64,000 bases of DNA. Source: Felis catus (taxonomy: Eukaryota). Shown here piece by piece: positions 38,396-50,612 of the stretch (the first letter of the stretch is position 1; each line of letters begins with the position of its first letter). The position numbers and the translations under genes were made by a program. The stretch lies in NCBI RefSeq assembly GCF_018350175.1, contig NC_058383.1, forward strand, positions 13,084,001 through 13,148,000, given 5' to 3'. The notes under the pieces are model-generated. The model had not been told where the DNA came from, made no database searches, and saw nothing but the letters and a program-made list of their open reading frames with translations.

Positions 38396-39739
38396 CCCTT
38401 CAGGGTGAGAAAGGCAGTTAAATCTTTTCACGTGTGGTTAATTCTGTGGGAGTCTGGAACATGGTGAATTAACCTGAGAAGGGGTGACACTTCTCAGGGT
38501 GGCTTGTGTCATAGCCCAGTCAGAGAATGACTCCTGCCAAGGACACAGACAAACACACACATGTACATGTATGTTTCTGTGTGTCTGCATATGAGTATAT
38601 GCTTATGTGTGTATATATGTGACTTCATACACCCATACACACAAACCTGGGTGTATTGTTGTAGAGGTTAGGCCACCCAAATTAAGGTGATTTGAGAGCA
38701 GGGGTTGCGTCTTTGCTGCCTACTGCCCTGTGGGTGCTGTGATGTCAGAAGCAGCAGATTCATCCACCATCACTGAGTTTCCCTTTGAGTCCAAGTGCAG
38801 TGTGACCGATGAGTGCCTAGTAACATGGCACCGCAATGGGAGAGACCGATGAATGCCACATCTGTGTAAAACTCCGGGCTGAGTTCAGGAGAAAAGTATT
38901 ATCCACATTGGTATCAATTCCAGTTTTATCTCTCCCTTGAGCTAATGCTATTCACTGTAAAACATCTTCCTGTCTCTGTCTAGAAAACCTCCGAAAGCTT
39001 CATTCTGATTGTTATCATTTCTGACGAGGTGTTTTCTGCTGAACATTTAGAACGGGGTAAGGTGAGATGAATTCCCAGCAGATAGGAAGTTTTCATATTG
39101 TAACCTGTGCTGTAGCAGCAGCTCCACTCTGCCCTATAGACCTTCCAGGAAATTCCTCTGCCACATGGCAGATGGCTGAGGAATTTATGTTTTAACATCT
39201 CAAACTTTTCAAACCTGGGTTTGTAGCAGCCATTTTAGTGGTCATGCCTGAGAGTGTGTGCCTGCCAGTGGTATGGGGTTAATCTCAGTTATAGGGTGGG
39301 GGTGCGGGGGTATTTGGGGAGGAGTTGAATATGGCGCTTAAATAACCGGGCAATGAAGGTCTTCCACAACACTGGGCTTTCTGAAGGGAAAACAGTTGGG
39401 CCAGACTGGATGAACTGGTTTGGTTAAATGCTGTGGCTTACTGCTGATTCAGGTTGCTCATTTTATTTTTATTGTTCAAGTATTATTCGTAACGTACCTA
39501 ACTTCGCTCACAACAGTGTAGTGCCTTTAGGGGATGACATAAACGAAACAGGAAGCATGAACTTTTTCATCAGGGATCTGAAAAACTGATGGTTGTTGAG
39601 AGCACGTAGAACAAGTTTATACCTTATAATTATATGGTGCTTCATACTTCAGGATGTCCCCATAACTCTGATATAGTACTTTACTCTAATTTCCTAAGAT
39701 CAGTGCCTGCAGGTTCCTACGTGGCTGTAGGAACACGTA

Positions 39740-39822
39740 CTTACTCTGTGCTGTATCCCCGGCACCTAGGGCAGCACCTGACATACAGTAGGCGCTGAAC
39801 AAATTTCAGTTGGATAAGTGAA
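39740..39822 (+). mobile_element. L2 3' terminus
   Basis: GCTGTATCCCCGGCACCTAGGGCAGCACCTGACATACAGTAGGCGCTGAACAAATTT. Confidence 0.7.
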
Positions 39823-41255
39823 CAAAAAATTTTAACTTACAAACATCAGTAATAATTATATAAGACAGGCTTGGCATGCTACCACTTAGGGACATCTGAT
39901 TTTTCTTTCTGCCAGGTTTTCACCCAGGTTTTACAGTAGTTGGTTGTCCTGGGAGAAGTTTATGGGCTCTTTTTCTTTTTAAAGAGAGTGAATATTGTCA
40001 TAATTAAGTTGAAACTATAGGGGTACTCATGTACTTGTTTGCATCTACGATGATTTTTTTTTTTTTAAACTAAAGAGCCCACTAGTAAATAAGTATTATT
40101 CCCGTGTCTAAGGGAGGCTCTCCTGCACCTGCAGGGGTTTGGCTGGGCTCCTGGGCTCCTGCCAGCAGAAGTGCTTTGTTCCCCCTGGGCTATGATCCCA
40201 GCAGGAGGGGAAGCTGAATTGTGCTACCGAGTTGTCTTGGCACTGGCACGTGTAACATATTTCAGCTGGTGATTTCTGCATGATTTGTATGAATTTCTGT
40301 ATGACAGGAGTCACAACAAAACCGTTATGTGACTTGTGTCTGAAGCTATCAGTCAGTTGGAGCTGTGAATATCAGTTTGCATATGTCAACAATTTAATCT
40401 TCTAATAAACTTGCCGATGGAAAACTGACACTAGAATTATGTTTCTGTATTTACTGACTAGAAAGATGTGGTTATCAAGTGTACTGATTGAAAAATCTTT
40501 AAAATCCCAATCTTTAAATTGGGACCATATGTGTGTTTTCTTTCTCTAGCCAAATCTATTTGTACATTTTACCCTCACATGTGTATACACACATACACAC
40601 ACACACGGCATACAGTTACATTGGTGTGTTTGTGTTATATGTGTATGTGTTCACACAAAGCACACATGTGATTCATGCATATGCATGGGCTTTTAATATG
40701 CTTATAGATGGAAATGTAAGGAAGTAAGGGAAGTTTCCTTATGTGTTAACAGAACAATACGTTTATCTACATTATAGACTCCTAATATGTATTAAGTTGG
40801 TGAATATGTGTATAGTCCTTAGGACGTGGCCTAGCACATAAGTCCTCCATAAATATTAACTTTCATTATTTTAGAGTATACCTTCTTTCAGCCTCAGCAT
40901 AGGACTGTTGGTCTCTCTGTCACTTCTTCCTACAACAATTTAGCTTCAAAGACAGGCTGGCATAGCTCCAAGATTGTGTAGTTGGGAGGAACATTTGGTG
41001 AATTTACTTTTACTGTGAAATGCCTGCAACTAATTTTTATGCCATATAGGAAATAGTAGTAGTTGTATCAAAGCCATCTATTAAGTACCTTAGTAATATT
41101 GATTCCTGTTCTAGTAAAATATTTCTCTTTCTAAGTCATCATCATTCCCTAGAGCCCATTTTGATTATCAAGCTAATACCAAATTCACTGAGAATTTTAA
41201 TGACAGATTGGAAAGAGAGCTGTCCATTTATTAAGAAAAAAGTAGGAGAGGGATT

Positions 41256-41610
41256 TGCTGTGCGTTGCTTGTTGGTGCCCCCTCCCCATACATATGTTGA
41301 AATCTTAACCCAAAGATGATGGTATTGGTAGGGTGGGGCCTTTGAGAGGTGCCTGTTCTGAGGGTGGAACCCTACGTAGGGGTTGGTGCCTCATCAAAGA
41401 GGCTCCAGAGAGATCCATAGCTCCTTCCACCCTGTGCAGATGCAGTGAGAAGTCTGCAGCATAGAAGAGACCCCTCAGCAGAATGCTATCATGCTGGCTC
41501 CTTGGATCTTAGACTTGCTAGCGTTTAGACGTGTGAGAAATAGATTTTTATTGTTTATAAGCTACCTGGTCTGTGATATTCTCTTGTAGCAGACTGAATA
41601 GACTAAGCCA
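41256..41610 (+). mobile_element. MLT1A/MLT1A0-like ERVL-MaLR solo LTR
   Basis: TG...CA termini; CATATGTTGAAATCTTAACCC, GGTGGGGCCTTTGAGAGGT, GTGAGAAATAGATTTTTATTGTTTATAAGC, GACTAAGCCA. Confidence 0.88.
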
Positions 41611-42839
41611 GTGACCAAGGGAGAGAAAACAAGTTAAAGGAACATAGAAGAATTTGGGAATATGGGTAAGTTAATGTTTAGGTACACATACTCACACCTC
41701 GAGAGATGATGACGAGGGCACGTATTATTTGGAGACAGATTTTAGTAAATAATGATGGTATTTACTGGGGGAAAAAGGTATGAATCATGGTCAAAATGAG
41801 TATGTGAACTGGTGACGCAGAAGCGTCGAGTAATTGGACTTTTGTTGGAATAGATAGTAAGTAGCTTGTTCTGGACAAAAGATTCTAGCAAGGAATTGTA
41901 CAGCTTGTGTAATTTTATGGAATAAAACTGAAGTCACAGATGGTCAAAGTCAAGTCCACAGAGTTGTTCAGTATAAGTACAAGTACTGAACCAGACTTTG
42001 ATTATATGGGGGAAATAATGCCCCCATAGCAGTTACTTAACAGAGATAGTATGGAAATGAAACAAACGAACTTGAAATGTTGACCTCAACTCTCTACGAG
42101 TAATTAGAGCCCTGAACTATACTATATACAGAGTCTATAGACTATTCTTAATAAGATACCTTTCTTGTTTTATTATGGGTGAAGAAACTCAACTTTTCAT
42201 ATCTACTTTGGGTCAGGTTTGTGTGAGCATGTTCAGAAAGATGACATGTTTCTTAGATCGAGACCATTAGAGTGTACTGGGGGCCTCTTTCAGCATGGTG
42301 GCTTTTGTGATTTGACTCACACGCATTATAACAATAGTATTTTATCTGTGTAGAAGACCGTAGAGGCATTTATATTTAGGGTATTGGTTTTTAAAAACTA
42401 TATGGGCAGGGTACATTGTGTCTGAGTTTTGGGACAGAACCTGAGTTCAAAAGGGGGGCCCAGGGACTTCTGGGACTGAGAACGCTGAACTGGAAGGCCA
42501 CCCCCTTGTTTATGTTGCATCTTTTTAACCAGTTGGGGGAAAGATTATCTTTTAGTAGCTTTTAGACTTTGACTTTGAAATTCAGAGAGGCAGTGTTTTG
42601 TTGGGTGAAACTTTTTGTATGGAGTCATGCTTTCTTATTTAAGGTTTGTAAATAGGCTCTGTTGAAACCTTTAAAGATCAGATTTCCTGGGATCCAGCTA
42701 GAAAATAAGTATTCAACAGAATAGGTATTGGTAGAAATGGGGAAGTTTGCAGACGGCAAGGCAACCTACTTTGATGAAAGGGCCAGTCAGATGGATTTTA
42801 GGTCTGCACCCTTTCTTAACATCCTGAGTATTCTGAGGA

Positions 42840-42958
42840 GCAGTAGTATATAGTTAGAACAAAACCTTAGTACTTGGGGTCAGCTGACCTGGTTTTTTTG
42901 ATGTGTCACTGAGGTGTGCTTTCTTTGTGAAATAAAGCTAATGATACCTGCCTCACAA
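42840..42958 (+). mobile_element. MIR fragment, left part; resumes at ~46041-46110 after two L1 insertions
   Basis: AATGATACCTGCCTCACA joins to GCTGTTTTTGTGAGCACTGAGTGAGA...CTTGCACATGG. Confidence 0.55.
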
Positions 42959-43430
42959 TTTTTTTATTGAGGTGTAATTGACATAACATTTTAGTTTCAG
43001 ATGTACAATGTAATGATTTGATATTTGTACATATTGCAAAATGCATAGCATACAGTGTTTCACAATAGCATACAGTGTTTCAATTTTTATTTCTTGCAAT
43101 GAGAACTTTTAGGATCCACTCTTCAGCTACTCTCAGATATGCAAAATGGCATCATTAACTACAGTCACTATGCTGTACATTACCTCTTCATTTTACAACT
43201 GGAAATTGTACCTTTTGACCCTTTTCACCCATTTTGCCTACCTCCTACACCCTGCCTAAGGCAACCACCAATCTGTTCTCTATAGCTATGTGAGTTCTTT
43301 TTTTGTTAGTTTTTGATTTTGTTTTTAGATTCCACATAAAGTGAGACCATAGGGTATTTATCTTTTTTTGTCTGACATACTTCAGTTAGCATAATGCCCT
43401 CAAGGTTCATTCATGTTCTCCCAAATGGCA

Positions 43431-43465
<35 letters not shown>

Positions 43466-43602
43466 GCTGAGGAATACTACAGTGTGTGTGTGTGTGTGTG
43501 TGTGTTTGCATTTGTTGTAACATTTTCTTTATTCGTGGATATTTAGGTTGTTTTCAGGTCGTGGTTATTGTAAATCTGCAGTGAACATGGGGTGCGTATA
43601 TC

Positions 43603-43699
43603 TTTTTTTCTTTTTTAAATAAAATCTGCGCCCATTGTGGGGCTTAAACTCATGGTCTCAAGATCAAGAGTTGCGTGCTCTAACCAGCTCAGACACTCC
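43603..43699 (-). mobile_element. Short tRNA-Lys-derived SINE nested in L1
   Basis: GCCCATTGTGGGGCTTAAACTCATGGTCTCAAGATCAAGAGTTGCGTGCTC with a T tail. Confidence 0.75.
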
Positions 43700-44388
43700 T
43701 GCATCTTTTTGAATTAGTGTTTGCATTTTGATCAGGTAAATACCCAGAAGTGGAATTGCTGGATCATATGATAGTTCTGTTTTTAATTTTTTTGAGGAAC
43801 CTCCGTACTGTTTTCCACTGTGGCTGACCTAGTTTACATCCCCACCAAGAGTGTCCAGGGGCTCCCCTTTCTCCACATCCTTGCCCCACTTATTATTTCT
43901 TATCTGTTTGACAATAGCCATTCCAACAGGGGTGAGATGATAGCTTATTGTAGTTTTGACCTGTATGTATTTCCCAATTGATTAGTTATGATGGAGTATC
44001 TTTTCATGCACCTGCTGGCCCTCATATGTCTTCTTTGGAAAAATGTCTATTCATATCCTCTATCAGTTTTTGTAAATTGGGGTTGTTTTTCTGCTGTTGA
44101 TTTGTATGAGTTCTCCATGTTTTCTAGATATTAACCCTTTATTAGATTTTTGATCTTCAAATATTTTTTTCCTCTTTATTTTGTTGATGGTCTCCTTTGC
44201 TGTGCAGAAATTTTTAAGTTTGATGTAGTTCTACTTTTTTTTTTTTTTTTTTTTTTTGCTTTTTTTGCCTTTGCTTTCAGTGTCAAATTGAAAAAATCAT
44301 CATCAAGACCGGTATTAAAGGACTGATTGCCTGTTTTCTTCCAGGAGTTGTATGGTTTTTAGTCATACGTTCAAGTCTTTAATTCATT

Positions 44389-44605
44389 AAAAAAATTTTT
44401 TTTCAATGTGTATCTATCCTTGAAAGAGATGGAGATAGAGCGTGAGCAGGGAGAGGCAGAGAGAGAGGGAGACCCAGAATCCAAAGCAGGCTCCAGACTC
44501 TGAGCTGTCAGCACAGAGCCTGATGCGGGGCTTGAACACACAAAATGTGAAATCGTGACCTGGCCAAAGTCGAACGCTCAACCAGCTGAGCCACCCACGT
44601 GCCCC
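44389..44605 (-). mobile_element. CAN-SINE nested in L1
   Basis: Perfect TSD AAGTCTTTAATTCATT at 44373-44388 and 44606-44621. Confidence 0.95.
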
Positions 44606-45613
44606 AAGTCTTTAATTCATTTAGAGCTAATTTTTATTTATAGTATAAGGTAATGTCCAGTTTCACTAAATTGCATGTGGCTATCTCGCTTTCCCAACAC
44701 CTTTTACTGAAGAGACTTTTTTCCTATTGTATGTTCTTGGCTTCCCTGTTGTAAATTAATTGACCATACATGTGTCAGTTTAGTTCCAGGCTCTGGACTC
44801 TCCTCCGCTGACGCATGTTTCAATTCCTACGCCCATAATGCACTGTGTTCATCATCACAGCCCTGCAACATAGTTTGAAATCCGGAAGCATGATGCCTCC
44901 AGTGCTGTTCCTCCTTCTCAAAATTGCTCTGGCCATTCTGGGTCTTTTTTTGGTTCCTTACAAATTTTAGGATTGTTTGTTACATTTCTGTGTGAATGCC
45001 ATTGGAATTTTAATAGGGATTGCATTGAATCTGTAGATTGTTTTGGGTAGTATGGACATTTAACATTGTTAATTCTTTCCATCCATACATTGGGAATATT
45101 TTTTCATTTATTTGTATTTTCTTCAGTTACTTTCATTAATGTCTTAGAGTTTTCAGTGTATAGGTCTTTCACCTCCTTGGTGAAATTTGTTCCTAGGTAT
45201 TTTATTCTTTTTGATGCAGTTGTAAATGGGATTGTTTTCTTAATTTCCGTAGTATATAGAAATGCAACACATTTCTGTGTATTGGTTTTGTGTCCTGCAA
45301 ATTTACTGAATTTATTCTAATAGTTTTTTGATGGAGTCTTTAGGGTATTCTATATATAGTATCATGTTATCTGCAAATAGTGACATCCAACTTGGATGCC
45401 TTTTATTCCTTTTTGCCAGTTGCTCTGGCTCGGAATTCAGTATACTGTGTTGAATAAAAGTGGTGAGTGAGAGTGAATATCCTCATCTTATTCCTGATGT
45501 TAGAGGAAAAGTGTTCACTTTCTACCCTTGAGTATGATGTTAGCTTTTGGATTGTCTGAGATTTACTTCCCTTGTCTACAAAATAAACCTGATGATACCT
45601 GCTTCACCATTTT

Positions 45614-46040
45614 ATACAGTGTTATTGGTATATATTTCACATACCATAAAATTCACCAACTTAAAGGGTAAAGTTCAGTGGTTTTAGTATATTCACTGTT
45701 ACGAAGTCATCACCATGATCAATTTGGGATCAAATTTTTCACCCCAGAAAGAAACCCTGGACTCCCGTAGTAGTCACTTCCCATTTCCTCCTGAACCCCC
45801 CGCTCTTGGCAAACACGAGTCTGCTTTTCATCTCTGGATTTGCCTGTCCCGGACATTGCATGTAAACGGAATCATTCAATATGTCGTGCTTTGTGCCTGC
45901 CTTCTTTCACTTAGTGTAATGTTGTTAAAGTTCATCCATATTGTGGCATGTGTTATTAGCAAATGACTTTTTATTGTCCTGTTATACTCCATTGTATGGT
46001 TATACCACATTTTGTTTCTCCATTCATCACTTGATGGACA
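45614..46040 (-). mobile_element. L1MB-like 3' UTR fragment
   Basis: CACATACCATAAAATTCACC...CACCCCAGAAAGAAACCC...GGATTTGCCTGTCCCGGACATTGCATGTAAACGGAATCAT...CCATTCATCACTTGATGGACA. Confidence 0.85.
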
Positions 46041-47129
46041 CAATGCTGTTTTTGTGAGCACTGAGTGAGAAAGTAAGTGGTGTTTAATGATGGCTTGCAC
46101 ATGGAAACAACGTATATTTTTGTTGTGTGTTTGTATCCCGTTTGGACCGACTTGTGTGCATTATCAGCAGCGCCTCTTGTTTTATGAAGCAAGGAAAGCA
46201 GGCTTATTGAGTAGACCATCTGCCTGTCAGTTTTCTCACGTGGGTTCTCGGCTCATTGAAGATCCTGGGTGGGCACTCCAGTTCGATACCAGAATTCACA
46301 CTGCTTTTCTCAGCAGCCAGAAGTGTTCACGTGTTAGCAGTGATGCTTGTTGTCATTACAGATGCTCTGTGTGACTGTAAATGCTGGGCTTGAAAGGATT
46401 GAAGGAGGAGCCATTGCGGCTTTGATAGGTGTCAGCTAATCTAGTGCTGATCCTCATTCTGAACCTGAGTGTTAACACCAATATCAAGCTGCAGGGCAGT
46501 TACGTTGTGTGCACAGATTGGGGGAATACAGGGCCTTGGAAGTTTTGTGCTTGCTGACTTTATAAAACACAGAAAACTGCTGGGGGCTTATGTGACATTA
46601 GATAGAACATTTATGTTATGTATATGAGCCTCTTGCCAAGAAAAGCCACTGATTGTCTCAGTGTAAGTATTTGGATTGTAAAACTCTAATTGATTATTAA
46701 GTGACAAGTTAGATTCTAGTCAAAGTTGCTAAAGGATGTCAAGGTTACCTAAGAGCATTGATTTCTACTTTGGCTGTGGAAATGCCATAGAACTCAATTA
46801 TTAAAAGTATATTTCTGAATTTCTACTTAAGGTACTATAATGTAAAAATAAAATTCTAAACAAGGCCCAACTGTTATTCACTAAACAAATACAGTTTTTG
46901 TATCTATCACTGTGAGTTAGCCATACAGAAAAATAGAATATGTGTCCTTTGTATGTGCTCTTCTGCCCAAGTTTCCATTTGAGACCATGAAACACGTTGT
47001 TAAATTTGAAATCGTTGGTACTTGCCAGCTTACAGATAAAACTTGTTGTGCAGGCTTTCTAAGCTTGTTTGCTTTGCTCTGCAAAGGGAAAACATTACTA
47101 ACAGCTTGCATGCATTAGGCAGTTAATTT

Positions 47130-47277
47130 GTACTAGAGTCTGTGCTAACCACTTTATTTGGATTATCTCATGGATTGAAGGTAGGCACAGTTATTATCCT
47201 TGATTTACAGATGAGGAGACTGAGGCACAGAGATTAAGTCACTGACTCAAGGATACACAGCTTGTAAGTGGCAGTAC
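47130..47277 (-). mobile_element. MIR
   Basis: TTTACAGATGAGGAGACTGAGGCACAGAGATTAAGTCACTGACTCAAGGATACACAGCTTGTAAGTGGCAG. Confidence 0.88.
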
Positions 47278-47311
47278 TCTTTATAACTTCCATTTCATAA
47301 AGTTCTGTGTT

Positions 47312-47534
47312 TTTTTTTTTAATTTTTTTTTCAACGTTTATTTATTTTTGGGACAGAGAGAGACAGAGCATGAACGGGGGAGGGGCAGAGAGAGAGGGAG
47401 ACACAGAATCGGAAACAGGCTCCAGGCTCCGAGCCATCAGCCCAGAGCCTGACGCGGGGCTCGAACTTACGGACCGCGAGATCGTGACCTGGCTGAAGTC
47501 GGACGCTTAACCGACTGCGCCACCCAGGCGCCCC
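47312..47534 (-). mobile_element. Young SINEC_Fc-type CAN-SINE
   Basis: CpG-rich; perfect TSD AAGTTCTGTGTT at 47300-47311 and 47535-47546. Confidence 0.97.
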
Positions 47535-48494
47535 AAGTTCTGTGTTCTTAAAAGTGCTTTAGAGTTTCAGGTTTTACTCTGTAGTCTTTCTCTAAGTCCC
47601 ACATGTAAGAAAAAATCAAAGCAGATCTGTGGTGTATTTTTAGGGACTTCTACACGTAAATGAAATGGTTGTATGCCGTAATTATATTATCGGTGGCAGT
47701 TTTTAATAGCAACCAGCAGCAGCTCGGCCGCTAACCTTTATCCCTTGAGGAGCCAAGTAGTTAAGAAGTAGAAAAGCCAGTGAGGTGGTGGCCACTGCAG
47801 CAAGCTGCCAAATAGCTTCTGGGACTGAACTGCAGTTTGCTCAGTCTACTTCACTAGATAGCGTTGTTCAAAAGATAATCTTCTACTCCTTTACCTACCT
47901 GGCTGGCAGGCGTTCACAAGAGGGCTCGTGCCTGGGGCCTGTAGAAAATATACCCCCGTAATGTCAGCAAACTAGTTTAAAACACCCCAGCTGTAGTATT
48001 ATTTGTGCTTTTCAGAATTTCCCTAAGGAATCTCATTAATCCTGCAGACATTTTGACAAACAGGAAAGGGTAGAACAGAATTATTATTTTCCATCTTTTA
48101 CGACACCTGTGTTGTCTCTTAGTCTAATGCCACTTCAAGAACTCTGTGCTCTTATTTCCATTTAGAAAACAAGGAAATTGAGACTCCGTGAAATGAAATA
48201 CTTTGTGTCACCACCTTATGTCAAGACATCGTTTGAAAAGGAAAAAGTAAAACACTTGTATTTGCCGATTTTATCTTTTTACTGGTCACCTCACCTTGTT
48301 GTAATTTGGACTTATCTATATCACTAGAACATCCCAAACTAAGTGAAAAATAGGGTGGATATAACCTAGTATGTGCATACAGTGTATACAATGCAATGTA
48401 CGGAAGGCCGAGTGGAACATTCCTGAAGGATGGATGGTTTCCCTGCTGTCTCATGCCTCATTAGTAATGACACACCCCAAGGTTAGGGGGTCCA

Positions 48495-48685
48495 GTTACT
48501 GTGTCACGTGATTTTCACGTTTCACCTCCTGTAATTCTCACAACACCATCCTGTCGGGTGGATGCTGGTTTTATCCACATTTATATAGATAAGCTGGCTG
48601 AGACTCAGAGAAGTTAAAATGACTTGCCTGTAGTCATGAAGCTAGCAATTAGCAAAGCCATTTGCTTTTTAACCACTGTGCAATT
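48495..48685 (-). mobile_element. MIR
   Basis: TAATTCTCACAACACC...TAGATAAGCTGGCTGAGACTCAGAGAAGTTAAAATGACTTGCC. Confidence 0.75.
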
Positions 48686-48821
48686 TTCCGTGCCCACTAA
48701 ACTATGTAAAAATGTTTACTTAAGTTTTTTTTCCTCTCAGTTCAAACCACCACCAGATATACATTCTAAACCCAGATTGGAGTGTGTTTAAAAATATGAT
48801 ATATTCTATATTTGATTCTTT

Positions 48822-49045
48822 TTTTTTTAATTTTTTAAAAAAAATATTTATTTACTTTTGAGACAGAGAGAGACAGAGCATGAAGCGGGGAGGGTCAGAG
48901 AGAGAGGGAGACACAGAATCTGAGACAGGCTCCAGGCTCTGAGCTGTCAGCACAGAGCCCGACGCGGGGCTTGAACTCACGGACTGCAAGATCATGACCT
49001 GAGCCGAAGTCGGATGCTTAACCGACTGAGCCATCCAGGTGCCCC
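48822..49045 (-). mobile_element. Young CAN-SINE
   Basis: Perfect TSD TCTATATTTGATTCTTT at 48805-48821 and 49046-49062. Confidence 0.97.
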
Positions 49046-49244
49046 TCTATATTTGATTCTTTATAAAAAATACTCTGTTTAGTCTTTCCTTATATTATCA
49101 GGAAAGTTGCTGTTCATTTTCCTAAATCTGAGTTGGATGTCATATTCTCTGCGAACCTTCCTTGATTCTGTTCTCCTGTGTGAACCTGTAGCCCCTTGTA
49201 GCATAGCCTTTAGGATTTTCCCTGCTTACGCTCAGGGCTTTTTT

Positions 49245-49467
49245 AATTTTTTTTTTCAACGTTTTTTTTTTTTTTTTTTTTTGGGACAGAGAGAGACAGA
49301 GCATGAACGGGGGAGGGGCAGAGAGAGAGGGAGACGCAGAATCAGAAACAGGCTCCAGGCTCCGAGCCGTCAGCCCAGAGCCTGACGCGGGGCTCGAACT
49401 CACGGACCGCGAGATCGTGACCTGGCTGAAGTCGGACGCTTAACCGACTGCACCACCCAGGCGCCCT
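49245..49467 (-). mobile_element. Young SINEC_Fc-type CAN-SINE
   Basis: TSD GCTCAGGGCTTTTTT at 49230-49244 and 49468-49482. Confidence 0.97.
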
Positions 49468-49498
49468 GCTCAGGGCTTTTTTTAAAAAGCAAGTTGTC

Positions 49499-49718
49499 GA
49501 CTGGGTGGCTCAGTCGGTTAAGCAGCCGACTTCAGCTCAGGTCACGATCTCACAGTCCGTGAGTTCGAGCCCCGCGTCGGGCTCTGGGCTGATGGCTCAG
49601 AGCCTGGAGCCTACTTCCAGTTCTGTGTCTCCCTCTCTCTCTTCCCCTCCCCCGTTCATGCTCTGTCTCTCTCTGTCTGAAAAATAAATAAACGTTAAAA
49701 AAAAAATTAAAAAAAAAA
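49499..49718 (+). mobile_element. Young CAN-SINE lacking its first few bases
   Basis: TSD TAAAAAGCAAGTTGTC at 49483-49498 and 49719-49734. Confidence 0.97.
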
Positions 49719-50378
49719 TAAAAAGCAAGTTGTCTGGTTCAGTTATTATTTGCCTTTATTTGTATTGCGAACACCTTGTTGGTACATGGTTCTCAGTAGA
49801 TGGTTAATAGATGTTTGTTGAATTGAATCAGATGTTTAATAACTGTTTGAAATTAATTACAATATTTACTTTTTGGTGTGCACTTCAGGCACTTCAGGAA
49901 GGTCATTGCAGCATTAGGTGCCTATGCAGACCCTCAGTTTTTCAGACTGGGAACTAATGACTTGCCATTCTTACAAGAGATCAGTTGAATGTGTGATTGG
50001 GGCTGACTTTTTTCTGAATGTTGCTCAGAACATAGTATTATCTTTCTTTTTAAGAGTGCCAGTGATACTGTTACAATGAACAAAATAAAACGTTTTTATT
50101 TTAATAAAATAAAAGCTTTTTAAAATATAGGGTGTCTGCAGCATACTTTGAGTAGCAATATATATCCCAAATTTCAGAAAATCCAGTTTTCAAAGCTATA
50201 CTTTATTGACTTCTGTCCTATTGAAAATAGAATGAGCAAGTAAGTGGAGAGAACTTGGATTTTGGAGGTAGGTGCTTGAGTCAAATTCTGGTTCATCCAT
50301 TTCCTACCTTTTGACTTTGGACAAAATAGTTATTTTCTTCAGCATAGTTTTCTTATTCTTAAAATGGGAAAGGTCCAC

Positions 50379-50612
50379 GGGGCGCCTGGGTGGCTCAGTC
50401 GTTTAGCCTCCTTACTTCACCTCAGGTCAGGATCTCGCAGTCCGTGGGTTCGGGCCCTGCGTCGGGCTTTGTGCTTGCAGTTCAGAGCCTGGAACCTGCT
50501 TCCGATTCTGTGTCTCCCTCCCTCTCTCTCTCTGCCCCTCCCCGACTTGTGCTCTGTCTCTCTCTGTCTCAAAAATAAATAAACGCTAAAAAAAAGTTTT
50601 TAAAACAAAAAA
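50379..50612 (+). mobile_element. CAN-SINE inserted in a MIR remnant (~50255-50670)
   Basis: TSD AAAATGGGAAAGGTCCAC (50361-50378) / AAAATGGGAAAGGTACAC (50613-50630). Confidence 0.95.

Larger units (their letters stand above)
42963..45556 (-). mobile_element. 5'-truncated L1MA9-like LINE-1
   Basis: 3' UTR TTTATTGAGGTGTAATTGACATAAC...ATGAGAACTTTTAGGATC...GGCAACCACCAATCTGTTCTC; ORF2 3' half ending GAGTATGATGTTAGCTTTTGGATTGTC. Confidence 0.88.

Noticed and set aside
36822..39319. G-quadruplex motifs at 36822-36850 and 39294-39319
   Set aside because: Common in mammalian DNA, with no supporting context
41620..42530. Unclassified sequence after the MLT1A-like LTR as possible MaLR internal or viral DNA
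   Set aside because: No ORF, primer-binding site or motif that I can recognise; needs a Dfam/tBLASTx search
48852..49687. Recurrent ORFs of the type AQSVK..TSAQVMIS..SSSPASGS (also at 17313, 26334, 50390, 59121 and others)
   Set aside because: Translations of CAN-SINE bodies
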